From Chrysemys picta bellii (Eukaryota), in assembly GCF_011386835.1 (NCBI RefSeq), contig NC_088808.1, positions 17,236,001 to 17,300,000 on the forward strand: a DNA stretch of 64,000 bases, written 5' to 3'. A model generated the notes under the pieces. The model saw only the letters and a list, made by a program, of their open reading frames with translations, was not told the DNA's origin and made no database searches. Position 1 is the stretch's first letter, and each line of letters starts with the position of its first letter. The translations under genes and the position numbers were made by a program. Below, one piece after another: positions 12,275 to 24,510 of this stretch.

Positions 12275-15043
12275 GTGAGGATGAGGATTCTGAACTTAGT
12301 GTGGAGAAAGACAAGAGGCAGTGAAAGGACTGATGGGGGCTGATGACATGGTTGGACTCACAAGAGGGATCTAGGATTTTAGCTTTTGTTCTTATTTATG
12401 GAGGGGAAGATGAACCAATTCCTACCTAGTTTGTAAAGCATTTTATGATGATCAAAGCTGTGTAAATGTCTGTTTTTCTTTCCTATGAAAGTAGCCAATT
12501 AATATAAGATTCCTATTAAGTAGTAACAAGTAACTGTGACTCCACCTAATGGGTTTTGTTGCAAGCAGGAATTGACAATGCTCATGAACAACAAAAAGAA
12601 TCTGTTTTAGTCAGAAACAATGTTTTTCAAATATTTGTTGCTAGTTTCCTGGTTAGGATTATTTCCTTCCAAATACTGATGATCATCAACCTTCATCTCT
12701 TGAGCCATATTCAGCTGTTCAGGGCATTGCACGAGACTCTCATGGAATCCATGCTGCAGGAGCAAGTGAGGTCTTAGGTACTGCGGTGATCACGAGTGAT
12801 CTGCCCATGAACACATGTGGAAGTGCTGAGAAATGAACCATAGACACGATACCACTCTGTCCCTCCCAAACAGCCAGGAAGGGAGTCTATCTGGGATGGA
12901 TGAAGAGCTGACCTGTACCGTGCCTGAATTTGAACCTCTCGCTCTAGGGACTTTCAAAGCAAGGTACGCATCATCTCCTGAGAGATACTGAGTATCTTTA
13001 ACTCCATTAACTTCAGTGAGAGATAAGGGCAAGCAGCACCTCTTAGGATTGGGCCTATATTACCACTTAGCCAGCCTTGCAGTGAAAATCAGAATTTTCT
13101 GTCATGTTCACATTCCAGCTCCATCCAAGCAAAATGACTTGTCTGGGCGGCCCAGGTGCAGATGCATTTCAAAGGTGTTCTGACTCGTTACACCTGCAGA
13201 TGTAATGTGTTGTAAGAGCTGCCCCCCACATAGCCAGCTATGAGCCAAGATCTCTGGCAGCGGTTTGACATCAATGGTTGGGAAACAGCCAGGGCACTAT
13301 GAGAGGGCCAGCAAAGGAACCTCTAGAAAAAAAATCCATCAAACCCCCTCAGTAGTAGAGGGGCCAGTTGAGGCACTACCCTCTTACAGAAATCAGCTCA
13401 AACCCAACAGGAATGAGGGGGCATATACAAGGTTTCATGGCAAACATCCACGCCCCCTTCATTTCACTATGGGAGGGATCAACATGGGAGTTGTACACTA
13501 TACACTGTTAGAAATTAACATCAACCTCATTTGTTGTATATATGCCTAGCCCCTTTAGAACCCAGTACTAGTGAATGAGAAACATCCTACTGATCTTTGT
13601 CCTTGTTTGGCTGCCCTTTATACAGTAAACAGATATACATCATAGAGCGAAGATTGTAATTTTTCATTCAACATATTTAGCCTTGCTTGAAGATATTGAT
13701 TTCTGATTCAAAGCTAAGCATTCTTAATTAAGCCCATTTCTCGGAACACAAAAACATGAAGGTGCTTCAGGAATCCTTTAGCAACTCCCCCTCCCCAAAA
13801 GAAGGGCATAAATATGCACCTTATCCCCAAGATATTATTGGGAAGAGACCCTAATTCATATTGATTCTGGGGAAGTTACAAACCATTGTGCCAGCATAAC
13901 GTTAGGGGAGTGTTATGTTGCTTGGGGTTTTGTCTTTCAAAGTCCTGATTACATGTAATCATTATCAATCCCATTAAACTTTTCACAGGAGTAGGAGTAT
14001 CCTACCCAGTATCCTCCACAAATTCAAACTTCAGTTCTTTCATCCCTCCTTCCCAAATTGGCCCTATATTTTCAAAATGGATCTGCTATTCTTTGCTTCC
14101 TATCCTATTTGTTGTGTCTCATTGATGTACGACATTGAACAGTTGCTGCATCTCACTGGTGGCCAAATCAGCCTTGCAAAACTGTTATAAATATTTATCA
14201 GCACAGGTACAAAAACCTACTTGTCCATTCTTAACAGGATCATAATAGAAAAATAATCATGATCTTTTACTATACTTTGATCTGGAGTCCTTTTGACCTT
14301 TAGCAATACATTTTGAAAAAAAATTCTGTTGGCAGGCAATAGCGCTTATAACCAGTGGTTGAACCTATGCTCCATGACTAACAAGGGCTTCGTTGTAGCA
14401 GGCACAGCCTTTGGAAAACAATGTTATTAAATAGTTCCTTAATCTGTGCTTGCATAGCTGGGTATGTCACAAACCACGCTAGGTATTTTCCTTCATTTAC
14501 AAATCAGATAAAGCGCTGCTCAGCATGAAAGTCAAGTTCTTCCTTTGTAAGAAGGACTCTTGAAGGATGTCTCTCTGTGCCCAGTTATGTGATTGTATTT
14601 CTAAATATTCCACCCCAAGTAGAATGATAATGGTGTAGAGAGAAGATAGAAAACCACCTGTCGTGAAGTCAGCAGCGCCTAAGGTCAAAAACTTTGTTCC
14701 CAGAGCAAAGGGAAAAGAGGAATGTACATCACTCAACTTCCATAGTTGCCAATCCCTCCAGTCCCCCTCCCTCTGATACACATGACAAGCAGCTTAATCT
14801 GACCCTTTCTCACAGCTGTCAGACTCTCCTAATTTCCTCCTCCACCACACTGGAAAAGCCCTGTCCTTTCCCTGTCACTGAAATGCGTTTTAAGACAATC
14901 AGCAATCTTCCAACAAAACTCCTGCTTGGGAGAGGGAGGTGAACAGGGGATACCATACACTATCACTACACACAAAAAATTGGTTTCCCCACCTCCTCGT
15001 TGGTTATACATCACCTTTTGTACCTAACATAGTTCAGACTCAC

Positions 15044-15178
15044 TTTTTGATAGCAAACACTGTCAGTCCAACAGTGACATTCCTTTGTCGGAACTGCTCA
15101 TTCAGGATCTCGGAGTTATAGGTCCCTTCCCAAACTATTGGAGCAAACCATAGAGTCATCGTAAGGACGTCACTTCTC
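15044..15178 (-). CDS. ABO: ABO exon 6 (135 bp)
   Basis: cacag|...|gtgagt; [44 protein letters not shown]; phase joins exon 7. Confidence 0.96.
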
Positions 15179-15633
15179 CTGTGGAAGAGGAAGTTTTCTT
15201 TAGAATCACACTGTAGAAGTAAGAAACACGGAGGCAGTTGCCTTCCCTACGTATAGAAAGACACTACCAGAGCCATGTGTTAAAGTTCAAAAACAGACAA
15301 CTAACAGCTTTAAAGAATATACAACTCCATGAAGTCACAAGACATGTTGCACTAAGGCTATATAATGTAGCAGGTTACTGGGATCTATCAACTAATTAAT
15401 GTTTGCACTGCACTAGCATCTGCCCAGCATGTCTGAGGTTTGTAACTGAACAAAACATTCTGGCTTGTACTTTATATAAAGACCCAAGTGTTTCTGAGAT
15501 TTTGTATGCCTAAGTTAACACAGCGCAAGACAAGTTCAAATCCTTAAGGAAGTTTCTTGGTCATATTTTAGTCAATTAACTTTAGTTATATCATCTTGGA
15601 TGTAACAAAACACTTATTTTTAGTTTTACTTAC

Positions 15634-15669
15634 GATGGCTTTAGAATCTGTGGTTTTGTGTAAATCATC
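15634..15669 (-). CDS. ABO: ABO exon 5 (36 bp)
   Basis: ttcttttag|GATGATTTACACAAAACCACAGATTCTAAAGCCATC|gtaagt; MIYTKPQILKP(S), resembling human MVYPQPKVLTPC. Confidence 0.92.
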
Positions 15670-16348
15670 CTAAAAGAATAGTATGAAAACAAAAAATGAT
15701 TTCAAGGTAAGGAAAGATTTCCATAGCTCTTTAAAAAAAAAAAAAAAAACAATCCTTTTCGAGTTTACAGACAAATAAAAGATTCCCACCAATCAGCTCC
15801 ATTGAGAACTCAGTGACCCATACTCAGAACTCCAAAGGAAAGGGTTTTACTGTACCGCTGGTGACTTGAGTTTAAATCCTGGGTTAGGTCACATATGAAC
15901 ATAAATTTAGTGGTCTCTCTCTAGTCCCTAATGTTGGTTCACATCACAAAACCTCTATGCAGTGTGGCTTGACTGACAATCTATGCTCCTGCGAGGCTCA
16001 GAGGAAGATATTAAAAGTCAGGAATGAGGTGCATTAGCAAAGTGGTGGGAGCATACAGGATGGGGTAGAAAAGTTTTGCAGGTCGGGAATGCGGAACATT
16101 GATAGAGCTGTGTGTGGGGCTCAGAACTTGAATAGTAGAACTTCCTGGAGGTCAGAATTGAGGTGCAGACTGGTGTAAACCAAGCAATGTGAACATCCTT
16201 AGAGGGGAGAGGAATCCATGAGATCACCACTGAGAGCTTTCAAAGATCAGTAACATCTGAGCTTGTCTAAATCTCAGTGTCATCATGCTGTATTGATGAT
16301 TCATAATCATGGTTATGAAGATCTTCCCTTTGACGGTGACAAACCCTT

Positions 16349-17290
16349 CATGCCAAGTGGCAGCTTTACAGATGTCAGCCAGGGGAACTTTGCATAAGAA
16401 AGCCACAGAGGTAGCCACAGATCTAGTGGAGTGAGTTCTGATGCCGGCTGGAGGTGTAACTTTCTTTATCCGATAGCACAATCGGATGCACTCAGAAATC
16501 CAGTTTGAAAGTCTCTGGGTAGAAATAGGCATCCCTTTGGAACGGTCTGCGATGGAGACAAAAAGTCTAGAAGAGCTTCTAAAAGGTTTGGTTCTATTCA
16601 AATAGAAGGACAAGGCCCTGCGTACATCTAATGTATGCATTGTGACTTCGAAAGAGTTTGCATGTGGTTTCGGAAAGAAGGTCGGTAGGTGTATCGGCTC
16701 ATTAATGTGGAATGAGGAATGCACCTTTGGAAAAATTTGGGGTGTAATCTAAGGGTAACCTTGTCCTTGAAAAATAGCGTATATGGTGGATCTGCCATAA
16801 GAACTGCTATTTCTCCTGCCCGTCTGGCAGAGGTAATTGCCACTAAAAATGCTCCCTTTTACACCTTTCGATGAAAACAGCAAGCGGCTAGAGGCTCAAA
16901 TGGTTGTTGAGTTAGGCAGGATAGTACTAAATGAAGGTCCCACGGAGTGGTAGGCGGTTTAATGTCTGGGTATAGGGCTTGGAGTTCCTTGAGGAAACGC
17001 TTGGTGATTGGATGAGCAAAACCAGAGTTATCGTTGATTCCGTCATGAAAGGTTGTAATAGCAGCTAAATGGACTCTGATGGAGCTGAAAGAAAGGCCAG
17101 ATTGCTTAAGGTCCAATAGGTAGTCAAGTATGAGCGGGAGAGGTATCGACGTGGGAGAAAGTTGTTTAGCTGAACACCCTTGTGTGAATCGCTTCCACTT
17201 TCATAGATAGGTGGTGCGAGTAGATTGTGTTCTGCTATGTAGGAGCACTCTTTGAACTTGGTCAGAGCAAGCTAGTTCATTTTGGGAGAA
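16349..17290 (-). pseudogene. DIRS tyrosine recombinase (frameshifted, C-terminal catalytic Tyr missing)
   Basis: ORFs 16859-17116, 16628-16843 and 16224-16724 give LSFSSIRVHLAAI, TSARRAGEI (catalytic R), RTHSTRS (HxxR) and ICKAATW, then similarity breaks. Confidence 0.9.
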
Positions 17291-17329
17291 CCATGTAAGA
17301 ACCAGGCTTTAAGGTGAAGCATGGATAGA

Positions 17330-18077
17330 TTAGGGTGAAGAAATCGGCCGTGTTGCTGTGATAGGAGGTTCGGAGTGAGAGGCAACGAAATTGGTGGTCA
17401 AATTGACATTCTGGTGAGGAACGGAAACCACGGTTGTCTGGGCCCTCACCGGGACAATCAGGATCACCATGGCACAATCTGTTTGTATCGTTGTCAGAAC
17501 TCTGTGGAGAACCAGTATTGGGGGGGAAAGCATAGAGTACGTTCCGGTGCCAGGGGACCATGAATGCGTCTCCCAGGGAATGTTTGCCCAGTCCCGCTCT
17601 GGAGCAAAATTCGGGACGTTTCGTGTTTTTCGCAGTTGCAAAAAGGTCTATGGTTGGGTGACCCCAAATGTGGAATATGTTGCGGATGATTGTCTCGTTT
17701 ATCTCCCATTCGTGATCCCAAGGAAAGCGTCTGCTTAATTCGTCCGCTGTGGTATTCCTAACTCCGGGAAGATAGGCAGCTGATATCCGGATGTTCTTCA
17801 CAAGGCACCAATTCCAGAGCTTCATAGCCTCTGTGCAAAGCGAGTGAGAGCGAGCTCCTCCCTGCCTGTTTACATAGAACATGCAGGCAATGTTGTCTGT
17901 CATTATGCGTACATGTTGATTCCTGACTAGTGGGAGGAAGTGACGGCAGGCATTGCGTATGGCTCGAAGTTCTAGGACATTTATGTGCAGGGAGGTTTCG
18001 GTTGAAGACCATAGCCCCTGGACTGTGTGGTGAGACATGTGTGCGCCCCATCCTGTGAGGGATGCATCGGTAGTCAT
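17330..18077 (-). pseudogene. DIRS RNase H plus DNA adenine methyltransferase-like domain
   Basis: TTDASLTGWGAH, HINVLELRA, TDN, ADELSR (RNase H); then WEIN..IF..WGHPTIDLFAT, LGDAF..PW, LYAFPP, continuing after a frameshift in ORF 17330-17641 (VLHRVL...VILIVP). Confidence 0.88.
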
Positions 18078-19105
18078 TATGAGGGATGGAGCATCCTGGA
18101 GAAAGGGGACTCCCGAACAGAGGTTGGAGGGAACGGTCTACCATAGTAGAGAGTCTGACTCCAAAAGGTATGGAGAGAGGCTTGTTTAGACCTTGCACAT
18201 TTGGTCTGTAAACCGGTGGCCAACCAAGCTTGGAAGCATCTCATGGACAGTCGTGCATTTTGGACCACGAAAGTGCACAAGGCCATGTGACATAGTAGTT
18301 GTAGGCAGTCTTGGGCAGTGACCTGGGGGCTGTTGCGAAGTTTTATGGCCAGTAGTTTTATGGTGTTGAAGCAGACGGGTGGGAGAGATGCCAATCCCGT
18401 CCAGGAATCGAGGTCTGCTCCTATGAACTCCAGGTGTTGGGTGGGACATAATGTGAATTTGTTTTTGTTTATTTGTAGGCCGAGAGATAGGAAACAATTG
18501 ATGGTGAGTCGCGTGAATCGGAGAGTTTCGTCGAACGTTGAAGCTTTGAGGAGGCAATCGTCGAGGTAAGGAAATATTATGACCCCTTGTTTCCTGAGGC
18601 AGGCAGTGACTATGGCTAGGAGCTTGGAAAAAAACACGGGGGGCAGTGGAAAGACCGAAGGGTAGAACCCTGTATTGAAAATGTGTTGAGCCAAGGGTAA
18701 AACGAAGGAATCGTCTGTGGGCTGCATGTATAGTCACATGAAAATAGGCGTCCTGTAGGTCGAGGACTGAAAACCAATCGCCCTGCTCCAGCGCTGGAAT
18801 TAGGGTGGTGAGAGTAACCATCTTGAACTTTTGCTTTTTCATAAATTTGTTGAGCTGCCTGAAGTCGAGGATCGGTCGCCATCCCCCAGTTTTCTTTTCT
18901 GTTAAGAAATAATGGGAATAAAAGCCCTTCCCTCTGTGTCGTTCGGGCACAAGTTCCACTGCTCCGAACTGAAGGAGATGTTGTACTTCTTGGAAGAGCA
19001 GTGGCTCGTGAGAGGGGTCCCTGAAGAGGGACGGGGAGGGTGGGAATAGAGTAGCCAATTGTGACGACCTCTATAACCCACTTGTCGGTGGTAATGCTCT
19101 GCCAT
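18078..19105 (-). pseudogene. DIRS reverse transcriptase (frameshifted)
   Basis: GFYSHYFL..KKTGGWRPILD, LDLQDAYFHV, LPFGLSTAPRVF (ORF 18186-19058) and IFPYLDDCLL (ORF 18077-18727). Confidence 0.92.
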
Positions 19106-19179
19106 TGATGGGAGAATGGTCGTAGGCAGTGTCCAAAAATAGGTACAAATCTGCTTATTAGTTGGAGGGGGTTGAGGTG

Positions 19180-21159
19180 TTACCGAAGAATCGGGACGAC
19201 GACGCTTGCCCTTGAGTCCTTCATTGAATGAAGTACGTCGTTCGTGGTGGAAGCAAAGGGTTTGTCACCGTCAAAGGGAAGATCTTCAATGGTACTCTGG
19301 ACCTCTTGAGGAAAGGAAGAGGATGAGAGCCATGAACCTCGGCGCATGACCACTGCTGCGGTGGTGGATCTTGCTGCAGTATTGGCTGCATCGAGGGCTG
19401 CTTGAAGAGCGGTACGTGGTATGATTGGTCCCTCAGAAACTAAAGCTGTGAATTGTTGCTTCTTTTCTTCTGGAATGTCATCAATAAAGTCCATGAATGT
19501 GGTATAGTTTCTGTGGTCATATTTTGCGAGAACTGCAGTATAATTAGCAATATGAAATTGTAGCGTTGAAGATGCATATACTTTATGTCCAAGGAGGTCC
19601 AAGCATTTACTGTCTTTGTTGGATGGCATGGAGCGGGAATACTGCTGTTTGGTCCTTTGGTTGGCTGTGTCTATGACCAACGAGTTTAGCGCTAGATGGA
19701 TAAAATGGAATTCAGAGCCCTTAGAAGGGATGAAGTACTTGCGATCCGCTTGTTTACAGGTAGGTAGGCTTGTAGCGCGAGTCTGCCAGATGGCCTTAGC
19801 AGGTTCTAAAAGGGCTGCGTTGATTGATAATGGAACCCTAGAGGAAGAAGAGGGCTGTAGGATGTCCGTTAACTCATGCTGTTGTTCAGGGACCTCCAAG
19901 TCTTTTTAAAAAGAAGGTCTTGAAATTTTGAGAAGTCATCCGAAGATGTTGGGGGAGGGGGAAGTAAGGCTTCTTCAGGCGTTACCTCCAGGTCTACTGG
20001 AATAGGAGCAGGACGTGATTGATCCTGCAATTGTGACGGTGCTGCCTGGTGTCTTGCGTTGGTGGCAGGTTCGTCAGCTTGTGGCGCTAGGCAGGTGTTG
20101 CGCCTGGTTGTGGTGGAGTAGCGAGTGTGTTCTTGAGGATACGATGCCCATGGGACCCAATATTGCCACGGCAGTGGGAAGGGCATAGGTGGTGCCATGC
20201 AGGGATTCACACACACCACGGGGCAGAATCCTGAGAGTAGGATGAGGTAATTTTTCTATGACCTCTGTTGAGTGGGATCTGAGGATGGGAACCTTGATAT
20301 GGTGAAAAATCCCCCTGCGGTCCAGCTTCCTTCTCACTGGAGGAAGGCTGTCCAGACCCTGATTCAGCCATTGGAGAGAAGCAGGCATTCAGCGGGGGTG
20401 ACTGCAGGATAGGTGACACGAGCAGGTCCCTTGACTGAGTAAACCGCAGTGCCGAGGCTCCTGTGTGAGGTAAACGCTGTTCGGGAGGAATCTGCTGTGA
20501 GGAAAAATTCCTCTGCACCGGTGTTTTGAGCCTTGACTCACTGCCAGTCAGCTCGGCGGGTGTCGGTGCCAGAGCCGGTGCCGGGAGATCAATATCAGCC
20601 TGTGGGGGGGGTCAGGCAGGTCGTGATATGTCGGCACCGCGTCCGTCGCGGTGCCGAACGGTGCCAGAAGAGAGGCAGGCAGCTGGAAGCCTGAAGCCTC
20701 GGCACCGGATCTTCGCGCCGCCGCCGCAGCTGCAGGCGGGTTTTGCCCGGTGCTGGAGGAGCCCAGCGTGTCAAACGTGCTCAAGCGAGGGAGCACCGGG
20801 AGGGAAGTGGTAGACCTGCCCGGAGAAGTCTTATCCCGCAGGGTTTCCTTTGTGGATGACAGAAGGTGCCCTTTTTTTGAAGTTTTCTTATGGTTCTTTC
20901 AGGCGGGGGGGCTGTGGTGGGCAGCAGAGCCGGAATCAGCGCCTGGGTCTGAAGCCGACTCTAGGGATTTCTGAAGGAGGAGCAGTTTTAGTCGAAGTTC
21001 CCTGTCCTTCTGTGCCCTGGAGCTAAGTTTACTGCAGTGGGCACATTTTTGGGGGATGTGGGTCTCCCCCAGACATTTTATACATTTTGAGTGGCCATCT
21101 GACAGAGGGGTTGGCTTCTTACAGGTAGAGCAGCGCTTAAAGGCCGGGAAGCCAGGCAT
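19180..21159 (-). pseudogene. DIRS gag-like ORF1 (N-terminal Cys cluster; LAP2alpha-like C-terminal domain), fragmented
   Basis: MPGFPAFKRCSTCKKP...HSKCIKCLGETH...CAHC (20899-21159). ORF 19180-19899 has KDSKCLDLLGHKVY...AVVMRRGSWL...IEDLPFDG, which I recognise as the DIRS gag/LAP2alpha-type domain. Confidence 0.8.
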
Positions 21160-21561
21160 GTTCGAAGCGGCTGCGGCTGACAGGAAGGAAGAAAAAAAAT
21201 TTTTTTTTTTTAATTAAAGAAAAAGATAGAAAATGGTAACCAACTACGACTAACAACAAACTAACAACAAACTAACTAACTAGAAGGGTAATTGTAACAA
21301 GAGGAAGAAAGCTCTTAACGAGTCTGCTGAGCTCCGTCTCAGGCTGGGGATGGTAGAGAAGGAACTGAGGAGACCGGCCGCGCATGCGTACTATTAAGGT
21401 ATATTCAGAGCAGGGGGGCAGGCTCTGTGCGTGTGTGGCCAGTACGAGTACTGTTGCAAAAATCTCCCAGCGAAGGCGCAGGGACACACCAACACCTGGA
21501 GTGGAGCACCCACAGGGACATCTCTCGAAGAAGAAGTAGTGGAATTAACAAAAGGTCCTAC

Positions 21562-21609
21562 CTTAGTAGATTTACTTTGTGAAAGTCATCCAAGTCTTGG
21601 GTATTATTG
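21562..21609 (-). CDS. ABO: ABO exon 4 (48 bp)
   Basis: ttttctttctgtag|CAATAATACC...CTACTAAG|gtagga; NNTQDLDDFHKVNLL(R), resembling human ...PDHLQRVSLPR; phases fit. Confidence 0.88.
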
Positions 21610-23454
21610 CTACAGAAAGAAAACATGTCACATTTAGTGTTTGGTTGTTTTTTTAAAAAAAAAACACAGCATGGAACAAAATAGCCAGTTACCAGAAATT
21701 TCAAGATTTACACCATTCAAATATTTAACAGAAAGGAATAAAAGATTCCACCTTGGTTGTTTTATTTCCTGTGCCTCATCCAAGTCATGGTTACTTTTGC
21801 CATGGAAAGAAAGTGCTGAAAATTGAATACTGTAATTTATTAATTAAAGTTTGTATGGCCACTGTCAGGCACAGAGAGCCGAATGCCCATCCCCTTTCTC
21901 CAAGCCAGCACATGGCACCACCTTGTATGACAGCAAGAGAGGAAATACTGTTCCTTTTTGTTGGTGGGGGCACAGCAGGAAGAAAAAGGTTTTCCACCAC
22001 AAAGACAATCCTGATTGGGAGGCACACTGCCATTTATTTCACATTACCACCTCTGGTAATGATGTCACGCCATCTGGCAATCTCCCACTCTATGTCAACA
22101 GGTAGGTCAAGTTTCTCTGGAATTATCTGCTGACATTGGGTGGATGGGGTTCTCTCATTGTCCCTCTAATTACCTAGGAGTACTTTTACCTGTGTACTCT
22201 TACTGAATCAAATTCTGCTCTGCAACTGATAGGCATCATTGAAAGACCAGAACCAAATATAATGACAAAAGTAAGAGATTATTTCTTGCAATTACTATAC
22301 TATTCTGTGCAGTAGTTATGCTATATAGACTATCCTGTATTATATATCAGGAAGGTTGCTTTGAAACCTTAATTCTGCCCCATAGCGCATATGCCTTGGG
22401 TTACAGTCTTTAATTACATGATCACATACTATTTTTTCCACAGGACCCCTGGCTCATTCAATGCATAGGGCATATGGTGCCATACAAATTAGTTTATATG
22501 AAGGCTGGGTGCACACATATTGAATAGCTGCTTGTTCATTGAGCACTAACTCTTTTCATTTTGTTGTCTTTTTGTGTGGTAAGAACTGAGAATGAACGGT
22601 TTGAAGGCTGAGAGGCATAAGGGATGCTGGGAGTCCATGAGGGAGTGTGAGGCTGAAGGGGAGAGAGGGACACACAGACAGGTCTGGCTGGCTGGCAGGA
22701 GGAAATGAGGCTTTTAAAGATGACCCATAAACGAGCCATCCCTCACTAGAGAAGGAACGGCAGGCAGTGTTTTCAGAAAGCAATTAATTACACCTTTGGA
22801 TGCCAGCCCAAATAGTGCCAGAGATTCAATGCAGGTGAGAGAAAATGGGGGAATAGGTCTGCACAGAACATCCATAACTAAACCCCAAACCGTGCAACTC
22901 TCACCTGCTCCTGTATTCCATTGCAAGCTCAGATCAGGTAGTCAAGGCTCACACTTCTTTGCCCAGTTCTTACTAACATGGCAGCCAGTTTGTGATTTTG
23001 TGTCAAGATCAGACAATAGGTGAGACTCCGCTGTTTATCTGTGGCTGTTGGTGTCATTAGGAGGTTGGCAGAGGACATGAACATATGAAAGGACCTTTCA
23101 GAGCCAGTTTACGGAAATACATAAAGATCCCAGGAAAAATGCTCAGCAAGCATAGATAGCTCCATTGAAGTCAGTGGAGTACACGGACTTATACCAGCTG
23201 AGGACCTGGTCCCTTAATGTATCTAATTCAGAAAAAGGTAAGCACTGGCCCAGTGCTCTCCCCCTCCACCTGCCTCTGAGGAGCCACTGCTAGTTTCAGT
23301 TCAGTTTTCATTTGACATTTGGTAGCAAACCCTAAGTCTAAAGTAAAGTAGAAGAGGTTAGGAATCTCAGCAACATGGAACTGATTTCCAGAGCTCTAAT
23401 TGTGAGACCTCAGATGCTCACAAAATCCAGACAAGTCCAAAAGGGAATAGTTAC

Positions 23455-23511
23455 CTCATTGTGCTGGAGATCTTGATTGGTGCGTCCAGCCCGGTATCAT
23501 TGGACGTATAC
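23455..23511 (-). CDS. ABO: ABO exon 3 (57 bp)
   Basis: ttattgcag|GTATACG...ATGAG|gtaact; YTSNDTGLDAPIKISSTM(S); phase 2-2; size as recalled for human exon 3. Confidence 0.8.
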
Positions 23512-23654
23512 CTGCAATAAATCCAATCATCATGTCAAACATCTAAATAATATAAAAACTTTACACTTAAAAAAAAAATCTAGTCCGATATCCAGGCATC
23601 TTTAAAGACACAAACCATAGAACCAATCAACCAAAGCCAGCGGTTTATCCTCAC

Positions 23655-23740
23655 AATAGAACCAAACCCAGCCAAAGGAGAAAATGCAAAGGTTGCTAGA
23701 ATGCCGTGGTAGGTGAAGCAAAGTAGTTTCATATTATCAT
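23655..23740 (-). CDS. ABO: ABO exon 2 (transmembrane anchor); donor ambiguous (23668 weak and in frame, 23655 strong and out of frame)
   Basis: gacag|AT GAT AAT ATG AAA CTA CTT TGC TTC ACC TAC CAC GGC ATT CTA GCA ACC TTT GCA TTT; hydrophobic; phase-1 start matches exon 1. See finding. Confidence 0.55.
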
Positions 23741-24379
23741 CTGTCATGCACTGAGAGTGCACTCAGTGATCTCTCATGGTCTCTGCATCAAGGAGCTTAC
23801 AGATTAAATCACCATTGGAAGGCCAAACTAAAAGATAATTGAAAAGAGTTATATGGCAAAACAGATGTACTGCGTTACTAACCAAGCTTGTGAAGACCTT
23901 ACACTCAACAGTATTTCTGTCTGTATGAATGTTACATGATAACGCTTCAACTTCTGTTTCAAATGCTCCATTGTTTTTAAATTTAGCTCATTTTTATTTA
24001 AAAGATGAAATACACCCCAAAACGACCTGAAACTGAAAACAAAACTTTTTGTTTCACCTAAAACAATTTGGGGGGAGGGGGAGGGGGCGCGGCAAGAAAC
24101 TGAAAAAAAATTCAGTTTCAGGTAGAAACCAACTTTTTTTTTTTCTTCTGTTCAGCACCCAATCTGGAAAAAAAATAAATCAGTTAGACAAGCTTGGGAA
24201 CTTACATTCATAACTCTGCTAGACACTGAAAACCATGGACTCTGGCTTTATGGCTCATTATAACAATTTGTAACACATTGTACTGCCAACTAACCCGCAA
24301 TTGCTCACTTCATTTTAGGTGGTCTCCCATAGCACGTGTGACACACACATCCCCCTTATATGTAACAATCTGTCCCAAC

Positions 24380-24510
24380 TTGTATTTAGCCCAGATACTC
24401 TGGTTACTTTCCCCACCGGAAGAAGAGCTCTGTGAAACTCGAAAGCTTGTTTCTTCCACCAACGGAAATTGGTTCAATAAAAGATATTGCCTCATCTACC
24501 TCATCTCCTG
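24380..24510 (+). mobile_element. Short element with degenerate hammerhead-like motif (second family)
   Basis: ccggaagaagagctctgtgaaactcgaaagcttgtt...aataaaagatattgcctcatctacc; related copy at about 47750-47850; core mutated. Confidence 0.5.

Larger units (their letters stand above)
16316..21536 (-). mobile_element. DIRS-type tyrosine-recombinase retrotransposon in ABO intron 4, 3'-truncated, frameshifted
   Basis: Order gag-like, RT, RNase H, methyltransferase-like, YR on the minus strand; 5' terminus ttcttcttcgagagatgtccc at about 21536. Confidence 0.95.
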
